Shown here: one piece after another, positions 39,700-53,370 of the stretch | Layout of the letters: every line of letters begins with the position of its first letter | Position numbering within the stretch: the stretch's first letter is position 1 | Assembly (NCBI RefSeq): GCF_006345805.1 | Contig: NC_043000.1 | Span: 63,240,001-63,304,000 of the forward strand | Direction of reading: 5' to 3' | Source: Octopus sinensis | Lineage: Eukaryota | Length of the DNA: 64,000 nucleotides | Notes under the pieces: model-generated | What the model was told of the DNA's origin: nothing | The model's database searches: none | Seen by the model: only the letters and a program-made list of their open reading frames with translations | Made by a program: the position numbers and the translations under genes

Positions 39700-39793
39700 G
39701 AACACTTACATTGAGAATTCTGAGTTTCTTGATAGTGAGTATTTATTGAATACATCACTATCAAGGAACTCAGAGTTTTGAATGTAAGTGTTC
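39700..39793. repeat. Short palindrome carrying the 3' half of a hammerhead motif
   Basis: About 39-bp arms; g(a/g)aactcaga(g/a)tt matches the stem III/cleavage segment of fold-back 2. Confidence 0.6.
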
Positions 39794-39874
39794 TTTATCT
39801 GTGTCATTTAATAAATTTAGTCTTCTATTTCCAAAGTTAAAAGTTTACTTCTCTTGTCATACACATAATTTGTT

Positions 39875-40355
39875 GAGGCATGGCTGTGTGATAAGAAGTT
39901 TACTTCCCAACCACATGGTTCCAGGTTCAGTCTCACTGTGTGACACCTCGGGTGTCTTCTACTGTAGCCTTGGGCTGACCAAAGCCTTATGAGTAGGTCT
40001 GATAGACAAAACCTGAAAGAAATTTTTAAATGTGCATGTATGTGTGTGTGTGTATCTTTGTATCTGTGTTTGTCTCCCCACCACTGTTTGACAACCAGTG
40101 TTAGTTTGTTTAAGTCCCTATAACTTAGCAGTTCAGCTAAGGCAGTAACCAGCGTAAACTGCAGTCAAATGAATGAAACAAGTAACAGATGCACACACAC
40201 ACACAGATAATGAACTGCCACAGGGAATATGCCAACCAAATTTCACTCTCAAGTCATTGGTTAACCAGAGATTGAGGGAGAAAATTACCTAAGGTGCCAC
40301 ACATTGGTATCGAACATGGAAACTCATTTGTGTAAACAACTTCTCATCCACACTT
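39875..40355. mobile_element. Two SINE family A copies in opposite orientation
   Basis: 39875-40190(+) and 40190-40355(-). Confidence 0.75.
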
Positions 40356-40707
40356 TCCATATCTGCATCCAACTAAATCATCTAAAATAGCCTTTAATAA
40401 CCTTTGCTTCTATTACTTAATAACCTTTGATTCTTTAACTGTTGCATACTAACAAACAGATCATTTCACAAACAATACAAAGATGTGTCCTTGTGTGCGT
40501 ACATATACCAATTTAAATGTGATGACTAAAGTTCAACTCCTACATGAAAGGTTGTAAGTTATTAGAATATGTCATTCATACAACTTTAGAACATAAACTG
40601 TGTTGTTTAGCACTAGATCAACCTCAATCAAGCAACCCTACGATCAAAAGCATTCCAGCCATGATGGTCTTGCCTGTTTCATTATCTAATGAGAGCTAAT
40701 GACATAC

Positions 40708-40721
40708 TGTCATAATTTTGC
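40708..40721 (-). CDS. Candidate 14-nt microexon
   Basis: ttttttttcttcctccag|GCAAAATTATGACA|gtatgt; phase 2-1; (K)QNYD. Confidence 0.3.
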
Positions 40722-41244
40722 CTGGAGGAAGAAAAAAAAACATCACCCACATCAGAAAAAAATACGTAGCCAGAGAACTAGCTTGTCAAATCAATTCTTT
40801 CTTTTCACAAAAATTACAGGTACTTATAGAGGTCTTGAGCAAAAGATTAAGAGAAACATTTAGTCTATTACTCACTGTATGTACTATTACCAAAACGTCT
40901 AACTGTGAAATTTAATGATATTAATTCTAACATATTGTTAAAGATTTAAGAATGAGGTTTAGATTTTAAAAAAAAACATTTCTGTGTATGAGCAACAAAA
41001 TAAAACAATATTCTATATTGTATTATGCAAAAATGTATGACAGAGAACAATCGTTTAATTTTTTTTTAACAAGTTATTATATCACCTTTATTTGAAAATG
41101 AAGTTAGTTATCATTTGCTTGCAAAATGAAAAGAGAAATAACATTACAGAACAAGCAGTAATTGATAGTCGTGTTCAAAACGTGTTATGTCTAGTTTAAT
41201 GTCTTACTTTCCTGACTTCAAATCAAATTATTACACTTTTATAC

Positions 41245-41267
41245 TTAGTTATAAAATAGTCTATTGT
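41245..41267 (-). CDS. Candidate 23-nt microexon
   Basis: gtttctcttacctatag|ACA...ACTAA|gtataa; phase 0-2; TIDYFIT(K). Confidence 0.25.
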
Positions 41268-41704
41268 CTATAGGTAAGAGAAACAACAGGGTGTTAGATT
41301 AAACGTTTTACTTTGTTTTCATGTTGTCAGCTTAAGTCCTTCTATGGTTATTATTATAATTCATCCCTTTGCAGTATAAGTAATATACACTTCAATCGAT
41401 TTTCCAAACAAAGAGAAACCTAGTACCATGTCAAAAATCAATCAATATCTGTATAAGAACAAGTTGTCTCCCTTAGCCCTACTTTATGTAAGGTTTCATT
41501 AATGCTAAATGTTATTTCCTTACTAGTGGAATTTTACATTATTAAAAATTGGGATGACAAGGCTCATCACACTAAGTACATTATCCTCCTCCCACCTTAC
41601 TTTTTATTCTCCAAGCAGAAGGTACCCTGAGATATTTTCCCATTGATTATTTTCAATTATCTGATTGAGTAATGCAATGATGTTTTTTTCCTTTTTTTTT
41701 TTAC

Positions 41705-41760
41705 CTCAAATTCTATGCTATTTGATATTCCAACATCTGATAGATACAGATTAAGCTTCC
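41705..41760 (-). CDS. Candidate internal exon
   Basis: aacttcttcag|GG...TTTGAG|gtaaaa; 56 nt, phase 1-0; KLNLYLSDVGISNSIEFE. Confidence 0.3.
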
Positions 41761-43324
41761 CTGAAGAAGTTCAATCAAAACATGACTGAAGTTGTAACCA
41801 TACTTAACAGAAAAATCAGGCTTACTCCTCACAACATGTCACCCTACCATTCAATTTTTAATCAGTTTGGCTTTCATATTTATCTCCCTTGTACTTCTTA
41901 GCAAGTTTTATCATTAACACCAATGATTACAGGAATAATTTTAATTGATTAAACAATTTTTGTTAAGGATCACTGTTGGCTCCAAGTTTATGTAACCATA
42001 TCATTGGATAACTTGTAAGAATCAAAATGTTTTATAATCAGTAGGAAAACAGGTGAAATAATATTCATCTGACTACTGCCAAAAGGCCAGACAAATGAAG
42101 GTAATTCTAATGCTGCTTGTTACTGTATAAAAAAAAACAGTGGGAGTAGATATTGAAAATAATAAAAACCAGAGATGCTTTAATCAAAATTAGTTCTTTA
42201 AATAGTTCTTCTCTAGTTTGTCTTGGTATGACTCTAAACTGTATCCACTAGTGTGGCTCTGATTCAGGAGTTTCAAGGAGTGTGGACTCACTTTTAGACA
42301 CTATTGTTCTCAAGTCTATTCTGACTTGGAGTAGTAGCACTAATCAGGATCCCAGTTACAGGTTAATTAGCATACTAGCACTGTGGAATGCAGAGAGCAA
42401 GATGAGACAAGTAAGAGATTTTGGTCACTCACTGCATCTGTATCCATCCTCAATCATCTTTACTTGGTCTTGCCATTGGATTGAAGATAAACCCTAAAGG
42501 ATAGCTATGAAATTTGTACAGAATTCTCAAATTTTACTGATGACAAGTTTTAAGAAAAGAATGCCAGGCCAATGAAGTTCCTTGCTGTCAACACTGAGGG
42601 ACCATAAGCTGTTTGCCAAATCTCATCAAGGTTTTGACCCCCATACCATATTGGAATGTCCTATTCAATACCTCCTTCAGTGCTGCCAGCCAACTTTTGT
42701 GCTATCCAACACAGACCAACCTCTGCTGCCAAACAAATCCACCTCACCCACCCTTTCTACTTTGTATCCAACCACACCCAAAGTCTAAAGCCACCTCCTA
42801 AAAGAACACCAGGCTGATTTGTATAAATTATGGCATGGGGGGAATACAAAAATACTGTTAGAATGACAATGACAACAACCACAGTACTTTACTGTTAAAT
42901 TTATTACACTTTGAAAGGTAGAAATTATTATGTAAGTCATTATTAAGAAAATGAGATTAACTACTTACAAATCATTCTTTGACATTTAAGACCAAATAGT
43001 TTATGTACCAAAAGGGTTGTATATCATATTGCTTGTCTTTTGAAATTAGATATAAAAATCATTCCAAAGTTTAGAAATGTAGGAGACTGAACTACCCAGC
43101 AATTTGATAGTTACTTAAATTTCCTGTTAAATTGCCCTATAATTTATGTCTAGTAATGAGAAAAGAGTGTTCCATGACCTGTGTATATACAAACATTTTA
43201 TTACACCATTTACTTAAATAAACAACAGATCATATACATCAGTAGCATTTGTTTTTTAAATACAAACTCCAATGAGAGAGAACAGGCCTATAAACAAGGA
43301 GCCAAAATGACTCCGTACCACTTT

Positions 43325-43660
43325 TTCACCTTTTACTTGTTTCAGTCATGGGACTGCAGCCAAGCTGGAGCACCACTTTGAAAGGTTTAAGTCAAACAAA
43401 TCAACCCCAGTACTTAGGTTTTTTAAGTGTAGTACTTATTCTATCAGTCTCTTTTGCCAAATTGCTACATTACTGGGACATAAACAAACCAACACCAGTT
43501 ACCAAGTGTACATACTTCTACGCAGTTTCTATCTCCCAAATTCATTCACAAGGCATTGCTCAACCAAAGATGATAGTAGAAAACGCTTGCCTAAGGTGTT
43601 GCACAGCAAATAGAACCCAAAATTATGCAGGTGCAAATCAAGGTTCTTAACCACTCAGCC
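43325..43660 (-). mobile_element. SINE family A
   Basis: Reverse complement of tail through head. Confidence 0.8.
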
Positions 43661-43894
43661 TAGGACACATTCTTATCCTAAAACAAATGTATTTCACCAC
43701 ACCTTGAAATTTTTTTTTTTTTTCTTCTTTGTTGTAGAATAGCCTCAGTCAGCTCTGAGTGAACAACTAAGATATAAAAGTCACAAGATCAGAACTCTAA
43801 TAATGTACATTTAAGATGTTTGGTATGTAAATTTTAGTAAGAGTCCAATAGTAGTTAAGAAAACTTGTATTCAAAACTAAATCATAACACTTAC

Positions 43895-43940
43895 AGTCAA
43901 GAACTAGATGCCAATGTACAATTATTATGACCCCTTCTCT
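43895..43940 (-). CDS. Candidate internal exon
   Basis: ttgtttgcccatag|AGA...GACT|gtaagt; 46 nt, phase 0-1; REGVIIIVHWHLVLD(W). Confidence 0.25.
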
Positions 43941-44519
43941 CTATGGGCAAACAAGGTTATCTTTACATAATACTTTCTTAAAGAGACACAAGGTTTTAAA
44001 GTTGAATATATTAACACCAGTAACTGACTGGTACTTTATTTCATCAACCCAGGAAGAAAGAAAAAATTGACTTCAGAAAGATTTGAACTTAGAATGTGAA
44101 GAGCAATAGCCAAACACCACAAAGCATTTCGCCAAAGGATAAATATTTATTGCTAATGCAGTTCAATAAATTTTATCAAATATATGATAATCATGATCAC
44201 AGATAACTGTCAAAAAGTGATCAATTCTATTAACTTAACAATATGAGAGTGGCTAATAACATTCTATCTTTATTATAAGCATTAATGGAGTAATAAATAT
44301 AGTTGGTACAAGGAATACTAAGAGTCTGCCATTTATATTACAGAGTTTATCATACCCTATAAATTGAAACTTTGTTATTTCTATGGGTTGTTTATATATT
44401 TTAATAACAATATAGACAACAGCAGTGGACAGTAGAATCAATATTTAGATGTATCTCTTTACATTCTATTGTATTGAGTCTAAGTTTTGCAATATCTTGG
44501 TAACTTCTTTGTTTTAGCA

Positions 44520-44718
44520 TTCAAAACAAAAGCCATCGTGTTTTTGTGTTGCACCATCTCAACCCATCTTCCTGCTAGTTTTTTGATCCCATGCTGATAC
44601 CAGTTCTTGTCCTTCAAGGCAGAGAACTTCACTGAAGTTTCGGCCTCCTCTTGGTTGAAGAAGCATTGTAGGTGCAGGAATTGAGTAATGGGTCAGAACA
44701 AGTAATAATCCAAAGGAG
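44520..44718 (-). mobile_element. Mariner transposase 3'-end fragment (inverted)
   Basis: Antisense of LDYYLF..FNQEEAETSVKFSALKDKNWYQHGIKKLAGRW. Confidence 0.8.
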
Positions 44719-44719
44719 A

Positions 44720-45225
44720 TATTTTTCTGCAATCCTAATATGCATAAGCAGTGGTTAAGCAAGATCCAGCTTTTGGAACCTGTTGCCAAACATAGGTGTT
44801 TCAAGCACAAGGTGGTGCTTTATGTCTGGTGGAATCATAAGGGAATAATTCACAAAAAGTTCATTCTAGATGGCTAAACTATCACTGCCATTGTGTGGCA
44901 AAAATACCTGGCATAAGTTAACAGAAAGCCAGCTCTTCTGGAATAAAATAATGCAAGACTTCATACTGCACAAACAACCTGGAATAAACTCCAAGAACAT
45001 GAGAGAATTGAACTGATGCCACACTTAGCATATAATCCAAACCTAGCTCCCTTGGATTATTACTTTTCTGATCCATGGCTCACTTCCTGTGCTCACAACA
45101 TTTCAGCAACAAAGTAGTGTGTAAACTTCACTGGAGTTCTTCACCTTGAAGAACAAGAACTGGCAGAAAGGTGGCTTCAGACAGTATAACATGATGGTCT
45201 CTACTTTGTATGCTAGGCTACTTTT
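44720..45225 (+). mobile_element. Mariner transposase catalytic-domain relic
   Basis: KQWLS..VAK..KVVLYVWWNHKGIIH..G*TITA; NARLHTAQTTWNKLQE..IELMPHLAYNPNLAPLDYY..ELAERWLQTV*HDGLYF. Confidence 0.85.
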
Positions 45226-45999
45226 TTTTTGTAATTTGATGAATAAAGCAAGTAAGTTAGAGAAATATTGCAAATCTTTTTACTCAGCACAATATCTTCA
45301 GATCTCTCCAAAATCAACTTTAGTTTTCATCTTTCTGAGGTTGATAATTAATGCTAAATACTAGACAAGTAGTGGAGTTTTTCAAATTAACTATACTCCT
45401 CCATGCTTGGACCCATGTGATAAGAAATTTACTTTTCAACTACATGATTCCAGAATCAGTCCCACTGGTGGAATGTGACAGGGAAATAATCTCTTTATGG
45501 ATAAACAGGCATTGTAAAACATGTAACTACGCATGTGCCCTCTGGAAAAAGTGCATTTTTTCAACGATATCAGAAACTATTCCTCTGAAATTCCTATTTA
45601 TGAGCACATTGGATAATTTACTCTTAGATAGCCATAGTATAGCTACAACTTGAATGCATTTGATCATAGATTGACTTGATTTGGGCTGACATGTGGCTAA
45701 ACAACGACAAGGCCTAAATCTATTTTCTTTCGGGGCTCATAACTCTTTCGGTGTACTCTTCCTCTTCACTCAGACATACCTTTCTCTCTTTTATCTCAGT
45801 TATTCTCTTGCTCTCTTTACCACCACTCGAAGAGTACTTTTGTCTTCTCTTCGTTATTTCTCTTTGCTATTGTTGTTTTTTGTTTCTATTTTGTTTCATT
45901 TTATTCTCCCTCCCATTTCTCTCTCCCTCTCCCCTGCTCTCCTAAGTCTATATTTTCAGTTTGCTACAGTCACTTCATTTTTCAATTCGTAAAATATAT

Positions 46000-47950
46000 T
46001 AATAATCGTATTGTAAATTCAGCCCGTTAAAGTATATCAATATCCTCTCACTATCTTTAGAGTAAACAGGCGCTGCATACAGTAAAGTTATCATCACTAA
46101 CACTGCCACTACTCATAATCATCAACAACTTATCTCCATTATAAATGTTTTTTAGCCACGCATTATCCATATAACGAGTAGCATAATTCTTGACACTTAC
46201 AAATACAGCTGAAATTGCCGTTGTTCTTTCAGAAACAAACTAAAAACTATTTATATCGATTATTTTTGCTTGATATAAAATAAAACTTACAAACCCTTAT
46301 GAATCCTGTGAAATATTAATTTCAGTTTTCCGAAGACGTAATCACATTTCGTCCTATTCCCCTCACTACGCTACACCGCCCTAACAACAACATAAACAAA
46401 CTGCCAAAACCATCCTTTCCGAATTTCTTTTAATTCCTTTCCCTGCTTCAGACTGCGCAGTAAATCGTGTTATCTCCCTCTCGTCTCATTTCTTTCATCT
46501 AGTTAGTATTACACCTTCGACGAAATCCCTGTCCGAAATGTTAAACATTTCTTCTAAGAGCGCATTTGACACCACACTTTAGTTTATTCATTCATGCACA
46601 CATATATATGCATGCATGCATACATGCGTACATACATACAATAAACTTATTACATAACAAAAAGACAAGTAGATTATGGCACTGTCCCATCACTATTCAA
46701 TAGCGCACCCTCAAATTTACAGTGATATACTTATTTCGAAACACCACTTTAACATTATTACAAATAAGTGCCTACCCAGAATATTCTGAAGCAACCCCAG
46801 GTTCTCAAGGCCCGGTACATGTCTCCAACTCTCCGGAACACTTTTATTTTTTAAATTCCTTAAGGACACTTAGACAATTAATTGTTCAGTACTTTTGGTT
46901 ATTTTAAACGTTAAAAAGATGAGGCATTAACACATTTTAAACTGTGACCAATAAAAATATGTAAGCCAATCTTCGAAGAGAATTCAGCATTCGCGCAGGT
47001 ACTAAAGAAAGAATATTTTTATTTTCTTAATGTTTGATGTTGATGCCATTTAGTTACAGGTTAGACATAACCAAACAGTCTAAAATAATAGTTGTAACCA
47101 TCTAACCGTTTTGCATATCAACGACTAATATAAACAGTATCGAAAAAGAACATGGGTTTCAAAGTAGTAAAGATATGGTTAAAAACAAACAAATAGGTAA
47201 ACATACTTAAATTATACATCGCACCTGGGAATCTTTGAGGGAGACTTTACTGCTATTTCTAGCAAAACGACCAACCACGTGAAGGCTCCTACGAAGGATT
47301 GTTTCTGAAGGTATAAACTGCAACACGTAGCTTTCACACGAAATTATGTGACAATTACCGAACAACTAAAATTTTAGGGTTTATTGCGTCGTTTTGTACT
47401 TTATGTTACTTCCAGATCATTTAGCTGTAGCTCCCCCAAGATAAAATTCGTTGAGTGGGTAATAAAATCTGGGCGAATATAAATTTTGAACAATAATAAT
47501 AAAATGATTACTATTCCTCCATATCAATACAATAGCAATCATTTTTCAGTGAAAACATTACTGATATGTTATCGATTAAACATCACTTGTTTAAACAACT
47601 GCTTTTATTACATATATTTTTTTTCTTCTCTCTTTATAATGATTGATTTATCGGCCGGGAAGAGAGATAAATTTTGTTTATCTTTCCTTCCTTGTTGTTT
47701 TGATTTTGTTTTCTGTTCGCTTCATTGATTTGTCCAAAGACTTGTTTTCCACAATGAGCCGCCAACCGAATTAAACAGGCACTGCAGGGGATGGAACTCT
47801 CAATGTTTATAACAGGGGAAGTAATTGTCAGTGAATACATGCACGAGCATGCGAATACGAATGGGTTAACTGTCTCTTCTTTTCTTATACAAACACTACA
47901 ACGTTGCTATGTAAGAGTCGATTAAATACCTTTCACCCTTTAATTTTATA
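46000..47950. promoter_or_regulatory. CpG-enriched, repeat-poor promoter-like region
   Basis: About 15 CpG counted in 46201-46560, visibly more than typical flanks; minus-strand donors TTT|gtaagt at 46200 and 46290; inference only. Confidence 0.4.
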
Positions 47951-47989
47951 TCAGTTATGTAACCAGCGTAGGTTCTCATGTAGTTAAGT

Positions 47990-48457
47990 AAACATATCTC
48001 TATGTAATGCGTGTGTGTATACATACATAAATATATTACACACACACATGCAGAAACAAGCACGCATACATACATGATGCATACATATATACGCAAACAC
48101 ACGCACACATATATACATACGCAAACGCATGCATCCACATATATGTATAAACACATACATATATATACATACATATATACATACACATATATATATACAC
48201 ACATATATATACATACATATATATACACACATATATATACATACATATATACATACACATATATATACACATATATACATACATATATATATATACACAT
48301 ATATACATACATATATATATACACATATATACATACATATATACACATATATACATACATATATATATACACATATATACATACATATATACACATATAT
48401 ACATACATATATATATAACATATATACATACATATATATATACACATATATACATAC

Positions 48458-48490
<33 letters not shown>

Positions 48491-48810
48491 CATACATACA
48501 TATATATATACATATATATATATACATACATATATATATACACATATATACATACATATATATATATACATATATATATATACATACATATATACATATA
48601 TATACATATATACATATATATACATACATACATACATATATATACATACATATATACATATATATACATATATATACATATATATATACATATACATATA
48701 TATACATATACATACATATATATACATATACATACATATATACACAGACATACATACATACACATACATACATACATACATACATACATACACGCATGCA
48801 TGCATGCATT
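47990..48810. repeat. Compound (TA/CA) microsatellite
   Basis: acatatatacatacatatatatac-type units; explains the overlapping Y/I/C/M/V ORFs. Confidence 0.95.
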
Positions 48811-48814
48811 CAGT

Positions 48815-49480
48815 ACTTATTTTTTTAAGCCTGGTACTTATTCTATTGGTCACGTCTACTGAACTGCTAGATTACAGGGGCATAAACACACAAACAGTAT
48901 TTGTCAAGCAGTGGTGAGGGACAAACACGCACACAAATATGAGAGACAGACAGACAGGCAAAGATGACAAGCTTCTTTCAGCTTCCATCTACCAAATCCA
49001 CTCAAAAGGCTTTGTTTGGCCAAGCCTATATAGTACAAGATACTTGCCCAAGGTGCCACACAATGGGATTGAAGCGGAAACTATGTGGTTGGGAAGCAAA
49101 CTTCCTACCACACATGCATATGTATACAAATGTACATATCTTTTATCTATTATCTTTTACTCATTTCATTCATTAGATTGCAACCATGATGAGACACTGC
49201 CTTAAATAGTTTTAGTCAAAGACTTTTTTTAAGCTTGGTACCTATTCTGTCTCTTTCGCTAAACTCCCAAATTGCAGGTACGTAAACACATCAACACCCG
49301 TTGTCAAGCAGTGGTGGCAGACAAACAGACACAAAGATACACACACACACACACACACACTGAGATTCTTTTCAGTTTTCGTCTTCCAAATCTACCCATA
49401 AGGCTTTTGGTCAGCTTGAAGCTATAGCAAAAGACACCGACTAAACCCAGAGCCATGTGGTTTGGAAGCAAGCTTCTTGC
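48815..49480 (-). mobile_element. Two tandem SINE family A copies
   Basis: 48815-49120 and 49140-49480. Confidence 0.85.
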
Positions 49481-49614
49481 CATGATTTCATCTATGTATG
49501 TATACACACACATATATACATATATGTATAAATATATATATATGTATAAATATGCATACATACCCATATAAATAAGCATATGTATCTATACATATATGTA
49601 AATATAAATATATA

Positions 49615-50001
49615 AATGCTTGCTCGTGGCACTGTCAATTATCACAAGGGTTCCAGTTGATCTGATCAATGGAACAGCCTGCTTGTGAAATTAACGTGCA
49701 AGTGGCTGAGCACTCCACAGACATGTGTACCTTTAATGTAGTTCTCGGGAAGATTCAGTCTGACACAGAGTGTGACAAGGCTGGCCCTATGAAATACAGG
49801 TACAACAGAAACAGGAAGAAAGAGTGTGAGAAAGTTGTGGTGAAAGAGTACAGCAGGGTCCGCCACCTCCTTCTCGCCAGAGCCTCATGGAGCTTTAGGT
49901 GTTTTTGCTCAATAAACACTCACAACACCCAGTCTGGGAATTGAAACCGCGATCCTATAACCACGAGTCCACTGCCCTAACCACTGGACCACTGCGTCTC
50001 C
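49615..50001 (-). mobile_element. SINE family C, full length, well preserved
   Basis: tRNA-like head ggagacgcagtggtccagtggttagggcagtggactc..ggtttcaattcc; related copies at 50485-50765(-), 39470-39680(+), 24385-24520(+). Confidence 0.85.
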
Positions 50002-50017
50002 ACAAATAAATAAATAA

Positions 50018-50072
<55 letters not shown>

Positions 50073-50949
50073 AATACAAACAGACACATAGATAGATAAA
50101 CAAACTCAAACACTTATGTCTGATTTTGCATGAGCACAAGTTAAGATTACACACATACACACACACACAATGAACTTTTCCCTTAACAAATAAATAGGTT
50201 GGAAGGTGTGACTGTTAATTCGAAGGTAACCTTGGAAAAATATTTACTTTGTGTCTGGTCTTCATTGTAAGAAACAAACAAACCTTTGATACCATGATAC
50301 ACTAGCAATATAGATTGGTTAAATAGATTTAATAGTTGCATTGAATTGTGAAAAAGAAAATGTGTAACTTAAGAGAAATTTACTTCAATAATGTCATTGA
50401 TAGTGTTGAAATCTTATAAGTTTTCAAACCATTCAACTAAACACATACACGTGTGTGTGTGTATACATATATATACATACATATATATGGCACTTCGTCA
50501 GTTACGATGACGAGAGTTTCAGTTGATCTGAGCAGTGGAACAGCCACGTGTACCCTTAACACAGTTCTCAGGGAGATTCAGCATGACCCAGAGTGTGACA
50601 AGGCTGGCCCTTTGAAATACAGGTACCACTCATTTTGCCAGCTGAGTGGACCAGAGCAATGTGAAATAAAGTGACTTGCTTAAGGACACAACACATCACC
50701 AGGAATTAAACACATAACTTTACGATTGTGAGCTGAATACCCTAACCACCAAGCCGCATACCTTCACACACACACACACACACACACACAACCACATTTT
50801 ATAGTATTAATATCCATCAAGGCTGATCTTACCAATCAGTTTTGCATAAAGAAAACACTGGAGTGTTAGACAACAATCCAACTATATAACTTTACGCTCA
50901 TCAGGGACAGCTGATATGGAAGGGAATATGGCAACTGCTCTCTATTGTC

Positions 50950-51600
50950 AGAGATGGATTAGCACAACCAGACAACCAGTCAGCAGCTATGAAAAAGGTG
51001 GTGAAAGAAGAAAAAAAAGTGTCCAGGGGATTGGAGTTATGTCCCTTGGTTGGGTATGCTTTGAAGCTGGCAAGAGTTATCTTGAAGTAGGGAAAGTGTG
51101 TATTATTAATGTGGTATCCTTGCAGGGATGGGGTGTGTAGTATTTGTGGCAGTGTCATATATATAATTTTTTCCAGGGATGTAGGTATATACAGCTGTGC
51201 TCATCGGTCTGTTTTCTCTCTATAAAGGATAAGGTTGGAGGTGGGGTTTAAGCATGTGGTGAGTAATGTGTAATGTGTGTGCTTAGGATCTGGGTATATG
51301 TGGGGGAATACAATTTCATGAGGGGGTAAGTGTTGGGGTGGTGGGGAATAGTTATCTGCGGAGTGTCTATCTTATAGGGATGGGCATGTGTGTACAAAGG
51401 GCATTGGTATGTGCTTTGGCCATCACCCATTACTTTTCGGGGCCTCTGAGATGTTGGAAAGAAGAAAGGAAGAAGAATCCATGATTCATATGATGAGCAT
51501 ATCAAGATATCAAGTTGTTCCCAGACTGGGAGTTTAAGATCTGAATGCATGCAAGGGAATAGAGGCTGCTGAAGGCATCTAAGAACCAGGTGTGGCAAGG
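50950..51600 (-). mobile_element. Possible Gypsy-like pol relic (RNase H end / integrase start)
   Basis: QRPRKVMGD.. and QLYIPTSLEK..LHTPSLQG resemble RPGK..AD and LYVP.LR..H..GH motifs; weak. Confidence 0.2.
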
Positions 51601-52649
51601 CTGAATATTATCTGGTTCACATACATCTTTATATCAGTCATGCAGGCTTGGTGTGAAATAATGTTAAGTGCTCTCTGTTGTTAACAATCTCAGTTCTAAT
51701 GAATGTTAACTGTATATGTTAATTGTCTAAATAGCTAAATTAACCTAAATTAACAATAATTCTACATGCATTAGTGATTTAGTGAATAAGAACATTATTT
51801 ATATTATTCTTGATTGAGAAATAAAGGTTCCCAGTCTGAATACAATCTGTTACTATGTACATTGATTTTTGGGAACAAGATACCTAATGATTACTAGAGA
51901 ATACTATCATCATCATCATCAGCGTCATTGTCACCATTATCTTCATCTTTATGTCCACTTTTCCATGATGGGATGGGTTGGATGAGGTTTAGTAATGTAG
52001 TATACTATGACTGCATACACTTTTTATAAGGTACTTTTGTATCATAATCTTCGTTTGAAACTTCTGGGCTATGGGATGTATTGTTTGTGGGAGAAGTAAA
52101 CAAACACATTAACTTAGATTGTGTCAAGACACACTGAAACAAAAACTTTCATGCACACACACACACATATATGCACATCTATACATCCACATATGTACAT
52201 ACACACATGCTTCTTTGTTTCTTGCTCTTGCTTCATGGGGCAAGGGTTATACAAGGTTAGTGATCCCTGAGGCATCATCATGCATAGAGCAAATCAGGTC
52301 AAGTTATGCTTCCCACTGCCGGTATTTCCACGCTAGTCTCTCTGCATCCTCCAAGACACGTGTGAAGGCAAACAAAACAGTAGTGAAGGCAAATAAATCT
52401 CATGATCATCACAAGATCCAAGTTTCAACTCTAAGATCAGTAACGTTTAGTGTTCTTAAGCAAGACACTTCATTTTTTCACATTGCTTTAGTCCACTAGG
52501 CATCAAATGGATAACACTTTACTGGGCAGGCATTCTGTTCAAGGAGAATGTTGGCCTGCCCACCTACTTTGCCACTGGAGTGGCATCATTTAAAAGCTGT
52601 AACATTGTCAGAGAGCACATTGTAACTTGTGGTAATTAACAATATCCAA

Positions 52650-52890
52650 TTGCCCAGCTGATACAGTGATAAATATATGTGTGTGTGTGTATGGATGTAT
52701 ATATACATATATATATATATACATATACACAAACACATATATATATATATATATATATACATATATACAAACACATATATATACATATATACAAACACAT
52801 ATATATACATATATACACACATATATATACATATATACATATATACACACACATGTATATACATATATACACACACATATGTATATACAT
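52650..52890. repeat. (TA/CA) microsatellite
   Basis: Direct inspection. Confidence 0.95.
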
Positions 52891-53370
52891 CTATATATAT
52901 AAAGATAAGAATGTGTGTGTCTGTGTGAATCCCTAAAACTTGAGAACTACACAACCAATTTCATTCAAATTTTACACATGCCTCACTTAGGGTCCATGTA
53001 GTGTGCCAGGCCAAAAAATGTTTCACTTCTTGTCTAGTGCGAGCCCACAGCAATATCATATCTTCTTCACTATTTCAGTATTACGACAAAGTTATTTTAC
53101 CAAATTTTTCGTTATCAAAATTAATTATAACAAAAAATTGCCACAAAATTGTAACAAAGACTTTCCACCAATATCTTATGTTAACTTATGTTCCAAACAT
53201 CAGCTTAATAATGAAAATGTTATTTTACCAAATTATTCATTATCAAAATTAATTGTAACGAAAGCAGTCTGTTCCAACAAAAGCATTAAAGGGTTAACTA
53301 TCATATTTTCACCAGTAAGTTTTTTTAGTATTATTTCACAGGGGAAGGGGGATTTCTTTCAATGATGAGA
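52890..53370 (+). mobile_element. Helitron-like non-autonomous element, 5' part
   Basis: A|TCtatatatataaagataagaatgtgtgtgtctgtg..aaccaatttcattcaaattttacac; internal duplicated ttattttaccaaatt..ttatcaaaattaatt; no clear CTRR end. Confidence 0.5.

Noticed and set aside
47896-48917. ORFs of 135-301 aa
   Set aside because: Microsatellite artefacts; the same applies to 52586-52954.
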